This document shows positions 28,381 through 39,210 of a stretch of 64,000 nt of DNA, in pieces. The stretch's first letter is position 1. Each line of letters starts with the position of its first letter. The notes beneath the pieces are model-generated. The model saw only the letters and a program-made list of their open reading frames with translations. It did not search any database and was not told the origin of the DNA. A program made the position numbers and the translations under genes. Source of the stretch: an uncultured Clostridium sp. (GTDB taxonomy: Bacteria > Bacillota > Clostridia > TANB77 > CAG-508); assembly GCA_930982035.1 (NCBI GenBank), contig CAKNJL010000001.1:9796-73795 (forward strand). Reading direction: 5' to 3'.

Positions 28381-29022
28381 TTATTTCATTTCTTTTTCTA
28401 ATTTTTGTAATATATTATTTAATATTTCTTTTCTATTTTTTGATGTATCTATATATTCAATTCCATATTTAGGACATTCTACTTTTAATAGTTCATTCAT
28501 TTCAGCCCATTTTTCAGCATGTGCCTCTAGTTCTTCGTCTGTTATATCATAAGTCCAATCTTTTACTAGAGAAATAGTTGTTTTCTTCTCTTTATTATCA
28601 ATAATATCTGTTTTATAATCTTTACCTATATCATTTTCTCTACATAAATTTACTATATCTTCTTTTTTTAAATTTCCATGAGCTAAACATATTACTATTG
28701 TATTTTTTAAATCTACCATTTCACTTACATATTTAGGTGTTAGTTGACCACTTTCTAATATTGTTCCATGCTTATTTATATCTTCTTCGATACATGAATT
28801 GAAAAAATTTAACAATACTTTTTGGAAATATTCTCCATGCTCCCATTCTTTTTGTGTTTTTATGTTTTTTTCATAATATTCAGTTTTTCCAGCAGCATCT
28901 ATTAATGCCCATTTTATAGAATCAGAATGAATTAAATTATATTCTTTATATTTTTGTTTTATCATCTCACTTAATGTTGTTTTCCCTGCTCTGCCGATTC
29001 CCATTATTATTATATTTTTCAT
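28381..29022 (-). CDS. P-loop NTPase / kinase-like protein (tandem paralogue 1)
   Basis: P-loop GIGRAGKTT. Collinear with ORF 29109..29690 except for an insertion of about 20 aa (KTDIIDNKEKKTTISLVKDW). Start placed at MKNIIIMG. The ORF track starts at 29061. Confidence 0.55.
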   Translation of the reverse strand: MKNIIIMGIGRAGKTTLSEMIKQKYKEYNLIHSDSIKWALIDAAGKTEYYEKNIKTQKEWEHGEYFQKVLLNFFNSCIEEDINKHGTILESGQLTPKYVSEMVDLKNTIVICLAHGNLKKEDIVNLCRENDIGKDYKTDIIDNKEKKTTISLVKDWTYDITDEELEAHAEKWAEMNELLKVECPKYGIEYIDTSKNRKEILNNILQKLEKEMK

Positions 29023-29108
29023 TAAAAAACTCATTCCTTTCTTGCTTCGCTCTAAAGGCACACATAGTCATGAAAGTTAATTTCTTTCAAACTATTCCTC
29101 CGTAAATA

Positions 29109-29690
29109 TTATTTAATTTCTTTTTCTAATTTGTCCATTATTTTATTTAATATTTCTTCTCTATTTATATGTGTGTCTATATATTCGATTCCGTATTTTG
29201 GACATTCTACTTTCAAATTTTCATTAGTTTCTGCCCACTTCTCTGCATGAGCATCTAAATCTTCATCTGATATTCCATAACTCCAGTCTTCTTCTTTATC
29301 ATTTTTTCTGCACAAATCAATTATTCCTTGTTTATCTAAATCTCCGTGACCTAGACATATACAATAAACATTATATTTGTCTATCAGTTCTTTTACATAT
29401 CTTGGTTCTAATTGACCTGATTCAAGCAAAATCCCATAACCTTTTTCATCCTTATTCACATATGATTTATATATCTCAACTAACGTTTTTTGAAACTCAT
29501 CTCCATGTTCCCATTCTTTTTGAGCTTTAATATTTTTTCTATAATATGGTTCTTCATCTTTTCCTCTAATTATTCCCCATTTGATTGAATCTGAATGAAT
29601 TAAGTTATACTCATTCCATTTGTCTTTAATCATATTGCTTAATGTTGTTTTTCCTGCTCTACCTACTCCAATTATTACTATATTTTTCAA
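29109..29690 (-). CDS. P-loop NTPase / kinase-like protein (tandem paralogue 2)
   Basis: P-loop GVGRAGKTT. Shares SDSIKW, KEWEHG, LESGQL, HAEKWAE, VECPKYGIEYIDT and LEKE with its neighbour. Confidence 0.55.
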   Translation of the reverse strand: MKNIVIIGVGRAGKTTLSNMIKDKWNEYNLIHSDSIKWGIIRGKDEEPYYRKNIKAQKEWEHGDEFQKTLVEIYKSYVNKDEKGYGILLESGQLEPRYVKELIDKYNVYCICLGHGDLDKQGIIDLCRKNDKEEDWSYGISDEDLDAHAEKWAETNENLKVECPKYGIEYIDTHINREEILNKIMDKLEKEIK

Positions 29691-29708
29691 TTTACTTCCT
29701 CCTATCGT

Positions 29709-30314
29709 TTATAATTGCTTTTCATAAACATATGCTTTTTCAAATTTCTTATTTCCAACAATACTGCTTTCTATATTTTGTATTTTAGTTTCGTATACAA
29801 TTTCACAATTAAATTTTTTATAGAACTTATGATTGCAAGATTCGTCTGTTAGTATTTGAATTTTCTTTAATTCATCTTCTTTTGCTAATTTAAAGTTTTC
29901 TAATAATAACTTTGTTCCTATCCCTTTATTTTGATATTCTTTTTTTACAATTAATATAGATATTTCTCCATCAAATTTCTTTTCTAATTCTTTTGGTTCA
30001 TAATATCCATAATTCTCATTATACTTCTTTAATGCTTCCTTATTTTTTATTTTTTTGCTATTCATCAACATTTTTCTTGTTATTTTTGCTATATTTTTTC
30101 TTAATAAATGTTTTTTAGAATTCCATTTAGCATATCCACAAAAGCCTATAAGCTCACCATTTTCTTTATAGGTTATAATCTTTTCACTTTCTTCTAATAT
30201 TTCCATTAAATATATCCAAGCACATATATTTCCTTCAGTTTCTGATTCTTTTTTTCCTAAATTTCATTCTTTACCTAATATTTTTACTGCTTGTTTCATT
30301 TCTTTTATATTCAT
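29709..30314 (-). pseudogene. GNAT acetyltransferase with an in-frame TGA at codon 17
   Basis: GNAT core VKKEYQNKGIGTKLL. The ATG at 30312-30314 has a good RBS (GCAGGAGaagtatATG). The reading frame is continuous to 29709 apart from a TGA at 30264-30266. The downstream Met at 30206 has no RBS. Confidence 0.55.
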
Positions 30315-30385
30315 ATACTTCTCCTGCTTTTATTTTTCTTTCATATGCCTTGAGCATATTTTGGGCTTTAAAATCAAATAATTTT

Positions 30386-32029
30386 TTAGTAATCTATCGC
30401 AAATTTATTTTTTATCATATCTACCTTACCATCTTTTAAATAGATAATCTTATCGGAATTTTCGATTGTAGATTTCCTATGAGCAATAATAATAACTGTA
30501 CTTTCTTTTGTAATTCTATCAATTAATTTTTGTATTCTATCTTCTGTTTTTAGATCTATGTTTGAAGTTGGTTCATCAAATATATAAATGTTTGCTTTAT
30601 GCAAAATTGCCCTTAAAAATGCAATCATCTGTAACTGACCATAAGATAATTTAGCTTTTGATATTTTTTCATCTAATCCATCTTTAAATTTGTTCATAGT
30701 ATTTTCAAATCCTATTTCCTTCGCTACTGTCTTTATTTGTTCATCTGTAATACTTTCATCTCCAAGAATAATATTGTTTTTCAAAGTATCTTCTAGGATA
30801 TATGGTGTTTGTGATATATATGAGATATTTTTTCTAATATCTTTTATCCTAATTTTTGTTATATCTTTTCCTCCAATTAAAATCCTTCCTTTTTGGAATG
30901 GATATAATCTCATTAAAATATTCATCATTGTAGTTTTGCCTACACCTGTTTTTCCTGCTATTGTTACCTTACTACCTTCTTTTATGATAAATGAAATATC
31001 ATTTAAAACTTTATTATCTCCATATTGCATATATACATTTTTAAATTCTATATCACCTTTTAAATCTTCATCTTTTTCACCTTTTTCAATATCTTCTACA
31101 CCATTTTCTTTTAGTAATTTATTAATTCTTTTTAATGACATAAATGATGACTGTATTTCTTCTAATTGGTCAAATATTTCGGTTAAAGGTTCTCTACAAT
31201 TTTTGATATGGTTTATAACCAAGTATATACTTCCTAATGATATTAAAGTATCTATATTTAAAGTGTACTGTAATATAAAATAAATTGCTAATGCTTGTAT
31301 AGCTGTTGATAACGGATATGTAAAACTTTCTACAAATATAAATCTTTTTCTATATACTAATTCTTCATCTAATGTTTTATGAATTTTTCTAGTTGTATTT
31401 TTTTGTAGTCCAAAAAGATATGTTAATTTGTTTTTATTATACATTTCTGAATATTGTCTATTTTCTTTATCTCTTTTATTTAAAATTTGCTTGTTAGCTT
31501 TTGCAACTTGATGTGTAAATATGTATGAAACTACTGATGTAATTGCCATTGCAATACAACCTATAATTGCTAACTTAACATCTGCAAAAAACATAAATAC
31601 TACCATTAATGCAATGTATAAAACATCATTTACTAATACTTGCAAAGTACCCAAAAATAGTGCTGATACATTATCTATATCTGCTGTTAATCTTGTATAA
31701 ATTTCTGATGAATTATATTTTTGATATGTTCCCATATTCCATTTTAATACATGGCAAAATAGTTTTTCTCTTAAATCTTTTAATATTTTTGACATTGCTT
31801 TGTTAATAACTGTATTTCTTAAGTCTTTTGATATTATAAGAAGAATATGTGCTGTAATATATAGAATTACTAAATTTCTTAAAATTATAACAATGTTAGT
31901 ATCGTTTAAATCAATATCTAATATTTGTTTTAATACTAAAGGATGTGTAACACTTAATAAATTTGTTATTATTAGAAAAAATGCGACCAGAAAAAGTATT
32001 TTAATATTTTTCTTTAGTATAGATTTCAT
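30386..32029 (-). CDS. ABC exporter permease/ATPase (heterodimer partner B)
   Basis: 547 aa. GKTGVGKTT, LSYGQLQM, IFDEPTSNID. Overlaps the upstream partner by 29 nt. Confidence 0.88.
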   Translation of the reverse strand: MKSILKKNIKILFLVAFFLIITNLLSVTHPLVLKQILDIDLNDTNIVIILRNLVILYITAHILLIISKDLRNTVINKAMSKILKDLREKLFCHVLKWNMGTYQKYNSSEIYTRLTADIDNVSALFLGTLQVLVNDVLYIALMVVFMFFADVKLAIIGCIAMAITSVVSYIFTHQVAKANKQILNKRDKENRQYSEMYNKNKLTYLFGLQKNTTRKIHKTLDEELVYRKRFIFVESFTYPLSTAIQALAIYFILQYTLNIDTLISLGSIYLVINHIKNCREPLTEIFDQLEEIQSSFMSLKRINKLLKENGVEDIEKGEKDEDLKGDIEFKNVYMQYGDNKVLNDISFIIKEGSKVTIAGKTGVGKTTMMNILMRLYPFQKGRILIGGKDITKIRIKDIRKNISYISQTPYILEDTLKNNIILGDESITDEQIKTVAKEIGFENTMNKFKDGLDEKISKAKLSYGQLQMIAFLRAILHKANIYIFDEPTSNIDLKTEDRIQKLIDRITKESTVIIIAHRKSTIENSDKIIYLKDGKVDMIKNKFAIDY

Positions 32030-33755
32030 CTTCTTCCTCCTTTTTTTCTAACATATATACTTCTTTGTAAAATTTGTTTCTTTCTAATAGTTCTTCATGT
32101 GTTCCACAGTCTTCAATCTTTCCATCTAGTAGCACATAGATTTTATCTAATTTTTCTACACTAGATATTTTGTTTGAGATAACAATTAATGTACTATCTC
32201 CTACTTCTTTTAGTAAGTTATTCATTATTTTCTTCTCTGTATTTGAATCCAATGCAGATAAAGTATCATCAAAGATATTGATTTCTCTTGCATTTGATAA
32301 ATTTCTTGCAATTGATACTCTTTGTTTTTGTCCTCCAGATAGTTTAACTCCTTTTTCTCCAACAAGTGTATCTTCCTTTTTGTCTAGTTTTTCTATATCT
32401 TCTTCAAGTTCTGCATTTTTAATTATTTTCTGAAATCCTTTATTATTCAAATTTTCTGTAATATCTACATTTGCTTTAATTGTATCATCTAATATAATAT
32501 TTTGTTGTAACGCATAATTGTATTTTGAGAACAAATCATCTTTTCTATATTTACTTATATCTTCTCCATTTATTAATACCATTCCATCTGGAATTTCATA
32601 AAATCCTGATATAATGTTCATTAGAGTCGTTTTACCACTACCTACTTGTCCTATAATTCCTATTTTATCTCCATTATGTATTGTAATATTTATATTATCT
32701 AATGCAGGTTTTTCCGTATTGTTATACCAATATGATAAATGTTTGATTTCTATTCTATCAATTTTCTCTAAACTTTTTCCATCTTTTTTGTATTCATCTA
32801 GATTTAGGAAATAATTAAATCTGTCTAATGATTGTTTTAAATATGGCATTCTTTCTAACAATTTTTGCATCCCTGCAACAAAATCTACTAAAGCATAACT
32901 AATATACCCCATAAAAGCTGTTAATTCTCCTGTTGTAATAATCCCTTTTTGTATATATTGAACTCCAACAGTAAAGCTAACCATAAAACATAGTCCATAT
33001 AAAATATTTATAATCCTACTTATACGATTTTTAGCAACACCTATTTCATAATCAGCTTTATACATTTTTGAGTTTATATTTTTAAAAGATTTTATTTGAT
33101 TTTCCTGTTGATTATATGATTTTATTAGTAAAAATCCATCTGTATTTTGTTCTATATTTCTTGATAACTCTACATAGGTTTTTCTAGACACTTCTACTTT
33201 TTCTTTTAACTTTTTATAACTACGATACATGAATATCACTGATATTGGAAATATTGGTATAAGCCATAGAGCTAGTTGTTTATTGAATTGTCCCCATATT
33301 AATATAATTGCCATAACAGGTGCTATAATAATTTTTGTTAACCAAAACCAATAGTTTCCTAGCACTTTATGAATCATTAATATTTCTTTTGATAAATATG
33401 CTAAAAAGTTCCCTTTATTTTCTTTTTCAAAATATTCTGGTTTTACTTTTTGCAAATGTTCTATAACTTTTTTTCTTAAATATGTATCAGCTTTTCTTGA
33501 TACTGTAAAATACAGTATTCTAAATAAAGTTCTTGGTATAAATATTACGCTAGAATAAAATATTAGCCAATATGCTTCTTGTATAATTAGTTCCTTATTT
33601 ATATTGGTTTGAGATAGCATGTCTAATATTTTTCCTATGCTTTCTGGGATTTTAAATGTTAAATAAATTACAATTGTATGAAATACTATTCCAAGTAAAT
33701 GATATGGCAATACTCTATTTAATTCTTTTGTTATTATTTTGTTATATTTTTTCAT
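32001..33755 (-). CDS. ABC exporter permease/ATPase (heterodimer partner A)
   Basis: 584 aa. GQVGSGKTT, LSGGQKQR, IFDDTLSALD. Confidence 0.88.
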   Translation of the reverse strand: MKKYNKIITKELNRVLPYHLLGIVFHTIVIYLTFKIPESIGKILDMLSQTNINKELIIQEAYWLIFYSSVIFIPRTLFRILYFTVSRKADTYLRKKVIEHLQKVKPEYFEKENKGNFLAYLSKEILMIHKVLGNYWFWLTKIIIAPVMAIILIWGQFNKQLALWLIPIFPISVIFMYRSYKKLKEKVEVSRKTYVELSRNIEQNTDGFLLIKSYNQQENQIKSFKNINSKMYKADYEIGVAKNRISRIINILYGLCFMVSFTVGVQYIQKGIITTGELTAFMGYISYALVDFVAGMQKLLERMPYLKQSLDRFNYFLNLDEYKKDGKSLEKIDRIEIKHLSYWYNNTEKPALDNINITIHNGDKIGIIGQVGSGKTTLMNIISGFYEIPDGMVLINGEDISKYRKDDLFSKYNYALQQNIILDDTIKANVDITENLNNKGFQKIIKNAELEEDIEKLDKKEDTLVGEKGVKLSGGQKQRVSIARNLSNAREINIFDDTLSALDSNTEKKIMNNLLKEVGDSTLIVISNKISSVEKLDKIYVLLDGKIEDCGTHEELLERNKFYKEVYMLEKKEEEDEIYTKEKY

Positions 33756-33938
33756 TTGAACTCCCTTTAATTTTCGTTATTCATTCTTGTTTTTTCCTCT
33801 ATCATCTAAGATTATTTATCTCACTTATTTTATCTGGTTCAATTTTATAATTTCTTTCTGCATCCATTAGTCCATTTACTTCCTGTTGTACATCTGTTAA
33901 TTGTGTATAACAATATCATTATTATCTATATATCTTTA

Positions 33939-34364
33939 TTAACTATTTATAATATCCATTGCAAATGGTATAACATCTTTGCTATAATGCCCTACGTTTG
34001 GCATTGATATGAATTTCCAATCGAATTTTATACCATTATTATTTGCAAATTCTTTTGCTGAATTATAGAAGTTTTTTGCTCTTTCATATCTATTTTTTCC
34101 CTCTGTATTATCTTCTGGTAGTAAATTTAACATATTTGATTCTGTGTCCTTTTCACCAGCTAATATATAAACCTCTTTTTGCAAACTTGCTTTAATTCTA
34201 TCCGAATACTTATCTAAATTCTTAATTCCATAAGGATAGTTTTTAGTTGTATCATAAAATGTATATAAACCAGCATTAGCACATATGTACTTATTACAAT
34301 ATTTGCTATTTCCTAACATTAAAAATCTATGTGTGAATTGTGAACCAGAAGAATGTCCAAACAT
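33939..34364 (-). pseudogene. alpha/beta hydrolase, N-terminally truncated fragment
   Basis: The 141-aa ORF begins exactly at the nucleophile elbow (MFGHSSGSQF) and has a late His (NVGHYS). The roughly 100 aa that normally precede the elbow are missing, and the upstream gene ends only 27 nt away. Confidence 0.55.
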
Positions 34365-34390
34365 TATATATCCATTTTAGAACTCCTAAT

Positions 34391-35062
34391 TTATATATTT
34401 AAAAACTTATTTATACTATCCTTTATTTTATCTAACTCATGTCCTGTTGCTAAACAAGTATTCCAGCCTCTATTTTTTGCGACTTCAATATTTTCTTCAC
34501 TATCATCTATAAATAAAATTTTCTTAGGCTCTATCTTACAGTCTTTTTCTACTATTTCATAAATTTTCTCTTTAGGTTTTCGACAGTTTAATTCAAATGA
34601 AAGCCAGACATAATCAAATTGTTTTAAATCTACTTGTTTATCTAATCTTTGCTTATCTAATGAACCTAAATTAGATAAAATAGCAATTTTACATTTATCT
34701 TTTAAACTATGAGTAAATTCTACTACATCTTTGTAATATTCTACTTTATCAAATTCTTTTATGTAATAATCGTAAAATTCCTCTGAATTACATTTCAAAT
34801 TAAATTCTTTTTTTATTTTTTCAAACCATCTATCATTTTCCAAATAAATATGGTATGTTATATCTTCTACTGATTGAGCATGATATCTTTCTACTATTGT
34901 TTTTTCATCTTCTTTACTATTAAAATGTTTTATAAGATTTATTATAGCTTTATCTATCGAATATTCTCCTTCTTTATGACTTTCTATAACTCCTCCCCAG
35001 TCAAATATAACTATTTTTCTTTTATTCTCTATTTTTTTAATTTTAGAATATATATCATTCAT
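34391..35062 (-). CDS. HAD family hydrolase (subfamily IA-like)
   Basis: Motif I VIFDWGGVI, then ILSNLG and a C-terminal FIDDSEENI. Confidence 0.75.
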   Translation of the reverse strand: MNDIYSKIKKIENKRKIVIFDWGGVIESHKEGEYSIDKAIINLIKHFNSKEDEKTIVERYHAQSVEDITYHIYLENDRWFEKIKKEFNLKCNSEEFYDYYIKEFDKVEYYKDVVEFTHSLKDKCKIAILSNLGSLDKQRLDKQVDLKQFDYVWLSFELNCRKPKEKIYEIVEKDCKIEPKKILFIDDSEENIEVAKNRGWNTCLATGHELDKIKDSINKFLNI

Positions 35063-35102
35063 TTATATTGCCTTCTTTTAATTAAATTTATATTATCTCT
35101 TT

Positions 35103-35816
35103 CTATAAAATTTCTTTTAATTCTTTTAACTTGTGAATTTCATATTTAGGAACATATGTAGTACTTTTGCTTTCATCGTTATAATTGCACCAACAAGTGT
35201 CTATATTATTTTCTATACCTCCTTTTATGTCTTTTTCAAGTTCGTCACCTATAAATAATATATTTTCTTTTGATGGATTCCCTGATTTCTCTAATAAGCC
35301 TTTATAGAATCCTTCATGTGGTTTCATAAATCCTACCTCTTCTGCTGAAAATATAGTGTTAAAATATTTTTTTACTTGCAATTTTTCTAATTTTGAATTT
35401 AGTGGTACTATCGGACCATTTGTTGCAATAATAAGAGTATATTTTTTGTCATATAAGTACTTTATTACATCAAGTGTCCCTTCTCTTGCAATAACTTTTT
35501 TCTTCATTCCATCCATATAAATGTCATTTATATGAACTGCTTCATTATAATCAATACTATCTCCAAAGTATTTCAAAAACCTACTTGCTCTTAGCCATTC
35601 TGCCTTTTTTTCTTTATTATCTTCATAAGGTGTGATTAATTTTCCAAGTGCTCTATCTCTCCAAGTTTTTTTATCTATACTATAAAATGTTTCAAATTTT
35701 TCATCACTGTAATCTTCCTTTTTATATTCTAAAACTGTTTTGAATGCTTGTCTTATGTTTTCACAATCATCTGTTAGTGTATCGTCTAAATCAAATATTA
35801 TTGTATTATACATTAT
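35103..35816 (-). CDS. HAD family hydrolase
   Basis: Motif I IIFDLDDTLTD, then IATNG and GDELEKDIKGG. Start placed at MYNTII after GAGGAGG. The ORF track extends to 35900. Confidence 0.8.
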   Translation of the reverse strand: MMYNTIIFDLDDTLTDDCENIRQAFKTVLEYKKEDYSDEKFETFYSIDKKTWRDRALGKLITPYEDNKEKKAEWLRASRFLKYFGDSIDYNEAVHINDIYMDGMKKKVIAREGTLDVIKYLYDKKYTLIIATNGPIVPLNSKLEKLQVKKYFNTIFSAEEVGFMKPHEGFYKGLLEKSGNPSKENILFIGDELEKDIKGGIENNIDTCWCNYNDESKSTTYVPKYEIHKLKELKEIL

Positions 35817-35853
35817 TTTTCCTCCTCGTTTGATATAAATTATACTTAATTTA

Positions 35854-36837
35854 TTATTTTTTTGCAATATATAATGTTGCTGGTCCTGGTATTTCGTCAA
35901 CTCTTTCTATTTCTTTAAAATTACTCTTGTTTATTAATTTTTGTATTTCATTATGTGTATATGCTTTTCCCTTTTCTGTGTTAATTAACATTTCAATAGC
36001 AAATTGTACAGAAAATTCTGGACTTATTTTATCTTCATTTAAGAAAAAACTTGTTAAAAAAAGTCTTCCATTCGGCTTTAGTACAGTATAGATATTCTCT
36101 AACAATTTCTTCACATTATTTTCTGGCTCTTGATGGATTACTGCAAATAGAAATACATCATCATAATTTTCTGTAGGAAAAGTACTATTATAATCATAAC
36201 TTTCTGATATCATGCGACCTTGCAATCCTTCTTGATTAATTCTTTTATTTTGTATTTTGACCATTTCCGGTAAATCAATCATCTTTCCTGTAACTGTTTC
36301 ATATTTCTTAGCCACTGTTATTGAATAAGTTCCTGCACCTGCTCCAACATCTAATATTTTATGATTATTAAAATCATAGTTTTCTGCAATAAATTTTGCT
36401 TGAGTTATTGCATTTGCGTCCATTCCTTTCATAAAGCTTTCTGCTTCTTTTTCTGTTAATTGTTTAAAATTATTTGTTGATACTCCTTCATTTTTTATAG
36501 CATTTTCTAAATTTTGGTATTTCTTTATTACTGTTTCAGCAAAATTTATATACCCTAACTGATTGTATTCTGAATTTTTATTTAATACTTCATTATACTC
36601 TTTTAAATAATATGTATCATTAGTCTTACTTATTATTTTATAAAATGTCAGAGCATTTAATATTGGTTCAATTTTTCCTTCTTCTAAATTTAATTCTCTA
36701 GCTATCTGTGCTAATGTTTTTCCTTTATTATCCAAACAGTCAAATAATTTAATGTTATTAGCAGAAATTATTATATATGTTAATTTATAGCTATTAATCA
36801 TTTCTTTGAATTTTTTTGTTTGCTCTTTTATTTCCAT
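35854..36837 (-). CDS. class I SAM-dependent O-methyltransferase with an N-terminal wHTH/dimerisation domain
   Basis: SAM motif ILDVGAGAGTYS. Methyltransf_2-like layout. Start placed at MEIKEQ after AGAGGGGTG. Confidence 0.75.
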   Translation of the reverse strand: MEIKEQTKKFKEMINSYKLTYIIISANNIKLFDCLDNKGKTLAQIARELNLEEGKIEPILNALTFYKIISKTNDTYYLKEYNEVLNKNSEYNQLGYINFAETVIKKYQNLENAIKNEGVSTNNFKQLTEKEAESFMKGMDANAITQAKFIAENYDFNNHKILDVGAGAGTYSITVAKKYETVTGKMIDLPEMVKIQNKRINQEGLQGRMISESYDYNSTFPTENYDDVFLFAVIHQEPENNVKKLLENIYTVLKPNGRLFLTSFFLNEDKISPEFSVQFAIEMLINTEKGKAYTHNEIQKLINKSNFKEIERVDEIPGPATLYIAKK

Positions 36838-36893
36838 AGTTTTCACCCCTCTTTTATAAACTTTTACTTTGGTTTTCATTCTATCATATATAA

Positions 36894-36930
36894 CTGAAAA
36901 AAGGAAGAGTTCATTTAAACCTTCCTTCCA
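36894..36930 (-). terminator. rho-independent terminator
   Basis: Minus strand reads AAGGAAG-gtttaaatgaact-CTTCCTT followed by TTTTC. Confidence 0.6.
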
Positions 36931-37015
36931 CTTTTAAAATTATCTATTATGTAATTAATTAAAATTCCTATTCATTTACCATGAATTCCTACTTGAGTTT
37001 ATTCATTTTTTAGTT

Positions 37016-38181
37016 TTAATCTTTTAAATCAAATACTATCAATGGAACTTCCATTTCATTTTTAGTCAATCCACAATGCGTTGACTTCTTTTCATCTGGA
37101 TGTTTCATCTCTCTTGATAAATATGTTCCTATATTTATTCTTACATCTGATACTGCTATAGCATATAATCTCCTATAAAATCCTCGATCTTTTTATGCCT
37201 ATTACCATATCCTAATAAATTGCTTTTTAATAAATCTTCTTTAGAATACAATATATATTTATCTTGAAATAGCTTATTAAATATATTCTCAAATTCTTTT
37301 CTTTTATTATATTTTACAAAGAATCCAATCATTCGTGATTCTAATGTTGGTGGCATTATTAGGCATTCTTGTATTTCTTTTAATTCTAATATATCTATTG
37401 TTTCATTTATGTCTTGATGTCCATGATCTGCTGAAAGTATTATCAATGTATTTGTACATTTTAACTTTTGTAACATTTTTTCAAATTCTTGTTCTGCTTG
37501 TAATATAAACTTTTTTGTTTCTTCTGAATAACAACCATTCTTATGAATAATACCATCTGGATTATCATTATATGCAATTACAAATTTGTTCTGAGTATTT
37601 TTGCATAATGTTACTATGCTTTCACACATTTCCTCAACTGTGTTTGCTGTCATTGTTAGTTTTTTTTTTTTCTCACAATAGCTTGGCATAATTTCATAAG
37701 TTTCTATATTACTATTTTTTTCTTTGATTTGTTCGTATACAGTTTTATATCCTATGATATCTGATATTTTTTGATTTTTTACTTTCAGTTTTTCTTCTGT
37801 ATATGAATCCCTTTCAGGTAATACATCAATATTTCTTCCATATTCTTTAAAATATTGTGACCAAGCTATCCAACCTGTTTCAATTGGAGGTTTTCCTGAA
37901 TAATATGTAGTCATTGCTGCTGTTGTAGTTGATGGATAAACTGATGTTATTTCATCTATTTTGTTTTTAGAAAATATTCCATTTGGAGAAATATTTTTCA
38001 AAATATTTTCTCCCATCCCATCTAATATTACTAAAACTACATTTCTATATTGTTTCTCTAATAATTTGTCTATTTTTTCCAAAGTGTTATATTTTGTTTC
38101 TACTTCATAATTTTTTAATATAGATGTTATTAAATTTAATATGCAATGGTTATAATTTGGCATTAAAATACTTTTATTCAT
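37016..38181 (-). pseudogene. alkaline-phosphatase-superfamily phosphodiesterase/pyrophosphatase with a C-terminal frameshift
   Basis: Metal-site motifs ILDGMG, YPSTTTAAMTT and SADHGH. ORF 37156..38181 ends at ...FIGDYML. My translation of the adjacent frame continues with AIAVSDVRINIGTYLSREMKHPDEKKSTHCGLTKNEMEVPLIVFDLKD, which is the expected HGG-type C-terminal block. Confidence 0.65.
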
Positions 38182-38206
38182 AAAATTCTCCTTCTCTTGA
38201 TTAATT

Positions 38207-38923
38207 TTAGTACTTACAGCATTTCAAAATTTGCTTTTGAACATATTCACTTATTTTTGAATCAATTCCAAAATCAGCATTAAAACATTCATCAATAATT
38301 CCATTAACATTTAACTTTTGATAATTATCCATTGATTTTTCGTTTACCGCAATAAATACATTCTTTCCACCTATGCTATGGACATATTCAAATGCATATT
38401 TATCTGTCAAACCATCTCCAAAATATATGACTTTACTAGTTTCGTTATTTTCACCTTGAATTTTTTGAATTATTTCAACTTTCTTTTCATCTGTTAATAA
38501 AACATCTACATCTCCATATATTCCATTTTCTTGCTTAAATGTAACTCCATAGACATCATTAACAAATTCTCTAATTGGTGTTTCGTCAATATAGTCTTTT
38601 ATTCCTGAAGTAATAATATAGTGTTTAACTCCTGTTTTTGAGCTTTGAAATTTTCTAAAATAATCAGCAACTCCTTTGTTTAATTCTACTTTATTTGCTC
38701 CTAGACATGCATTTTCCCTTGTCATTGCTATTTTATTTTCTGATAGAATATCTCTATAACATTTATAATACGCTTCATATAGCCCTGTTGCATTTTTGTT
38801 TTCTATTTCTTTTTTTATTCTCTCCATTAGTCTTTCGTTATCATATCCACATTTTTTCAATATTTCATATTGTGGCAATGAATATGGTGTTAATGTACCA
38901 TCAAAATCATATATTATTATCAT
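38207..38923 (-). CDS. HAD-IB-like phosphatase
   Basis: Motif I IYDFDGTLT, then ITSG and GDGLTD. Confidence 0.75.
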   Translation of the reverse strand: MIIIYDFDGTLTPYSLPQYEILKKCGYDNERLMERIKKEIENKNATGLYEAYYKCYRDILSENKIAMTRENACLGANKVELNKGVADYFRKFQSSKTGVKHYIITSGIKDYIDETPIREFVNDVYGVTFKQENGIYGDVDVLLTDEKKVEIIQKIQGENNETSKVIYFGDGLTDKYAFEYVHSIGGKNVFIAVNEKSMDNYQKLNVNGIIDECFNADFGIDSKISEYVQKQILKCCKY

Positions 38924-38989
38924 TTTTTCACTTCCTCATTTTTCTATTTTAAATATTTTATTGTTAATTATTTATATATATATTTTTTG

Positions 38990-39011
38990 TTTAGTTATAT
39001 ACTGATGTCTT
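38990..39011. repeat. direct repeat copy 1 (TTTAGTTATATACTGATGTCTT)
   Basis: 21 of 22 nt are identical to 47230-47251. Weaker similarity extends to about 44 bp. Confidence 0.6.
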
Positions 39012-39210
39012 CTACTAAAATTGGCAAATCTGTTGCTGTTGTCTTTGCTGTTTCTGGTAATTTTGTATATTCCTTATAACAAAATATTTCTAAAACGGTA
39101 TTATTTAGTTTTAGCATATTTAGTTTTATACTATCATCTTCTGCTTTTCATGATTTAAACAACCTTGATTTAATTTTATAAAGTACATTAGCATTTTCCT
39201 ATAGGATTTA

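Noticed and set aside
29709-30314. Genome-wide reassignment of TGA (genetic code 4 or 25), suggested by the in-frame TGA and the very low GC content.
   Set aside because: Many long genes (1301, 940, 651 and 627 codons) are intact under the standard code, and at least two genes (24977..26584 and 59995..60810) visibly end in TGA. A single event is better explained by a nonsense mutation.
39012-39210. Retron-type msr/msd ncRNA, or another RT-associated ncRNA, next to the RT remnant. Also a 41-codon ORF (MLKLNNTVLEIF...VEDISIY) in this interval.
   Set aside because: There are no flanking a1/a2-type inverted repeats or conserved G-containing stem, and the RT itself is inactivated. The small ORF has no RBS, and its end coincides with the 22-bp direct repeat, so it is more likely a gene scar.
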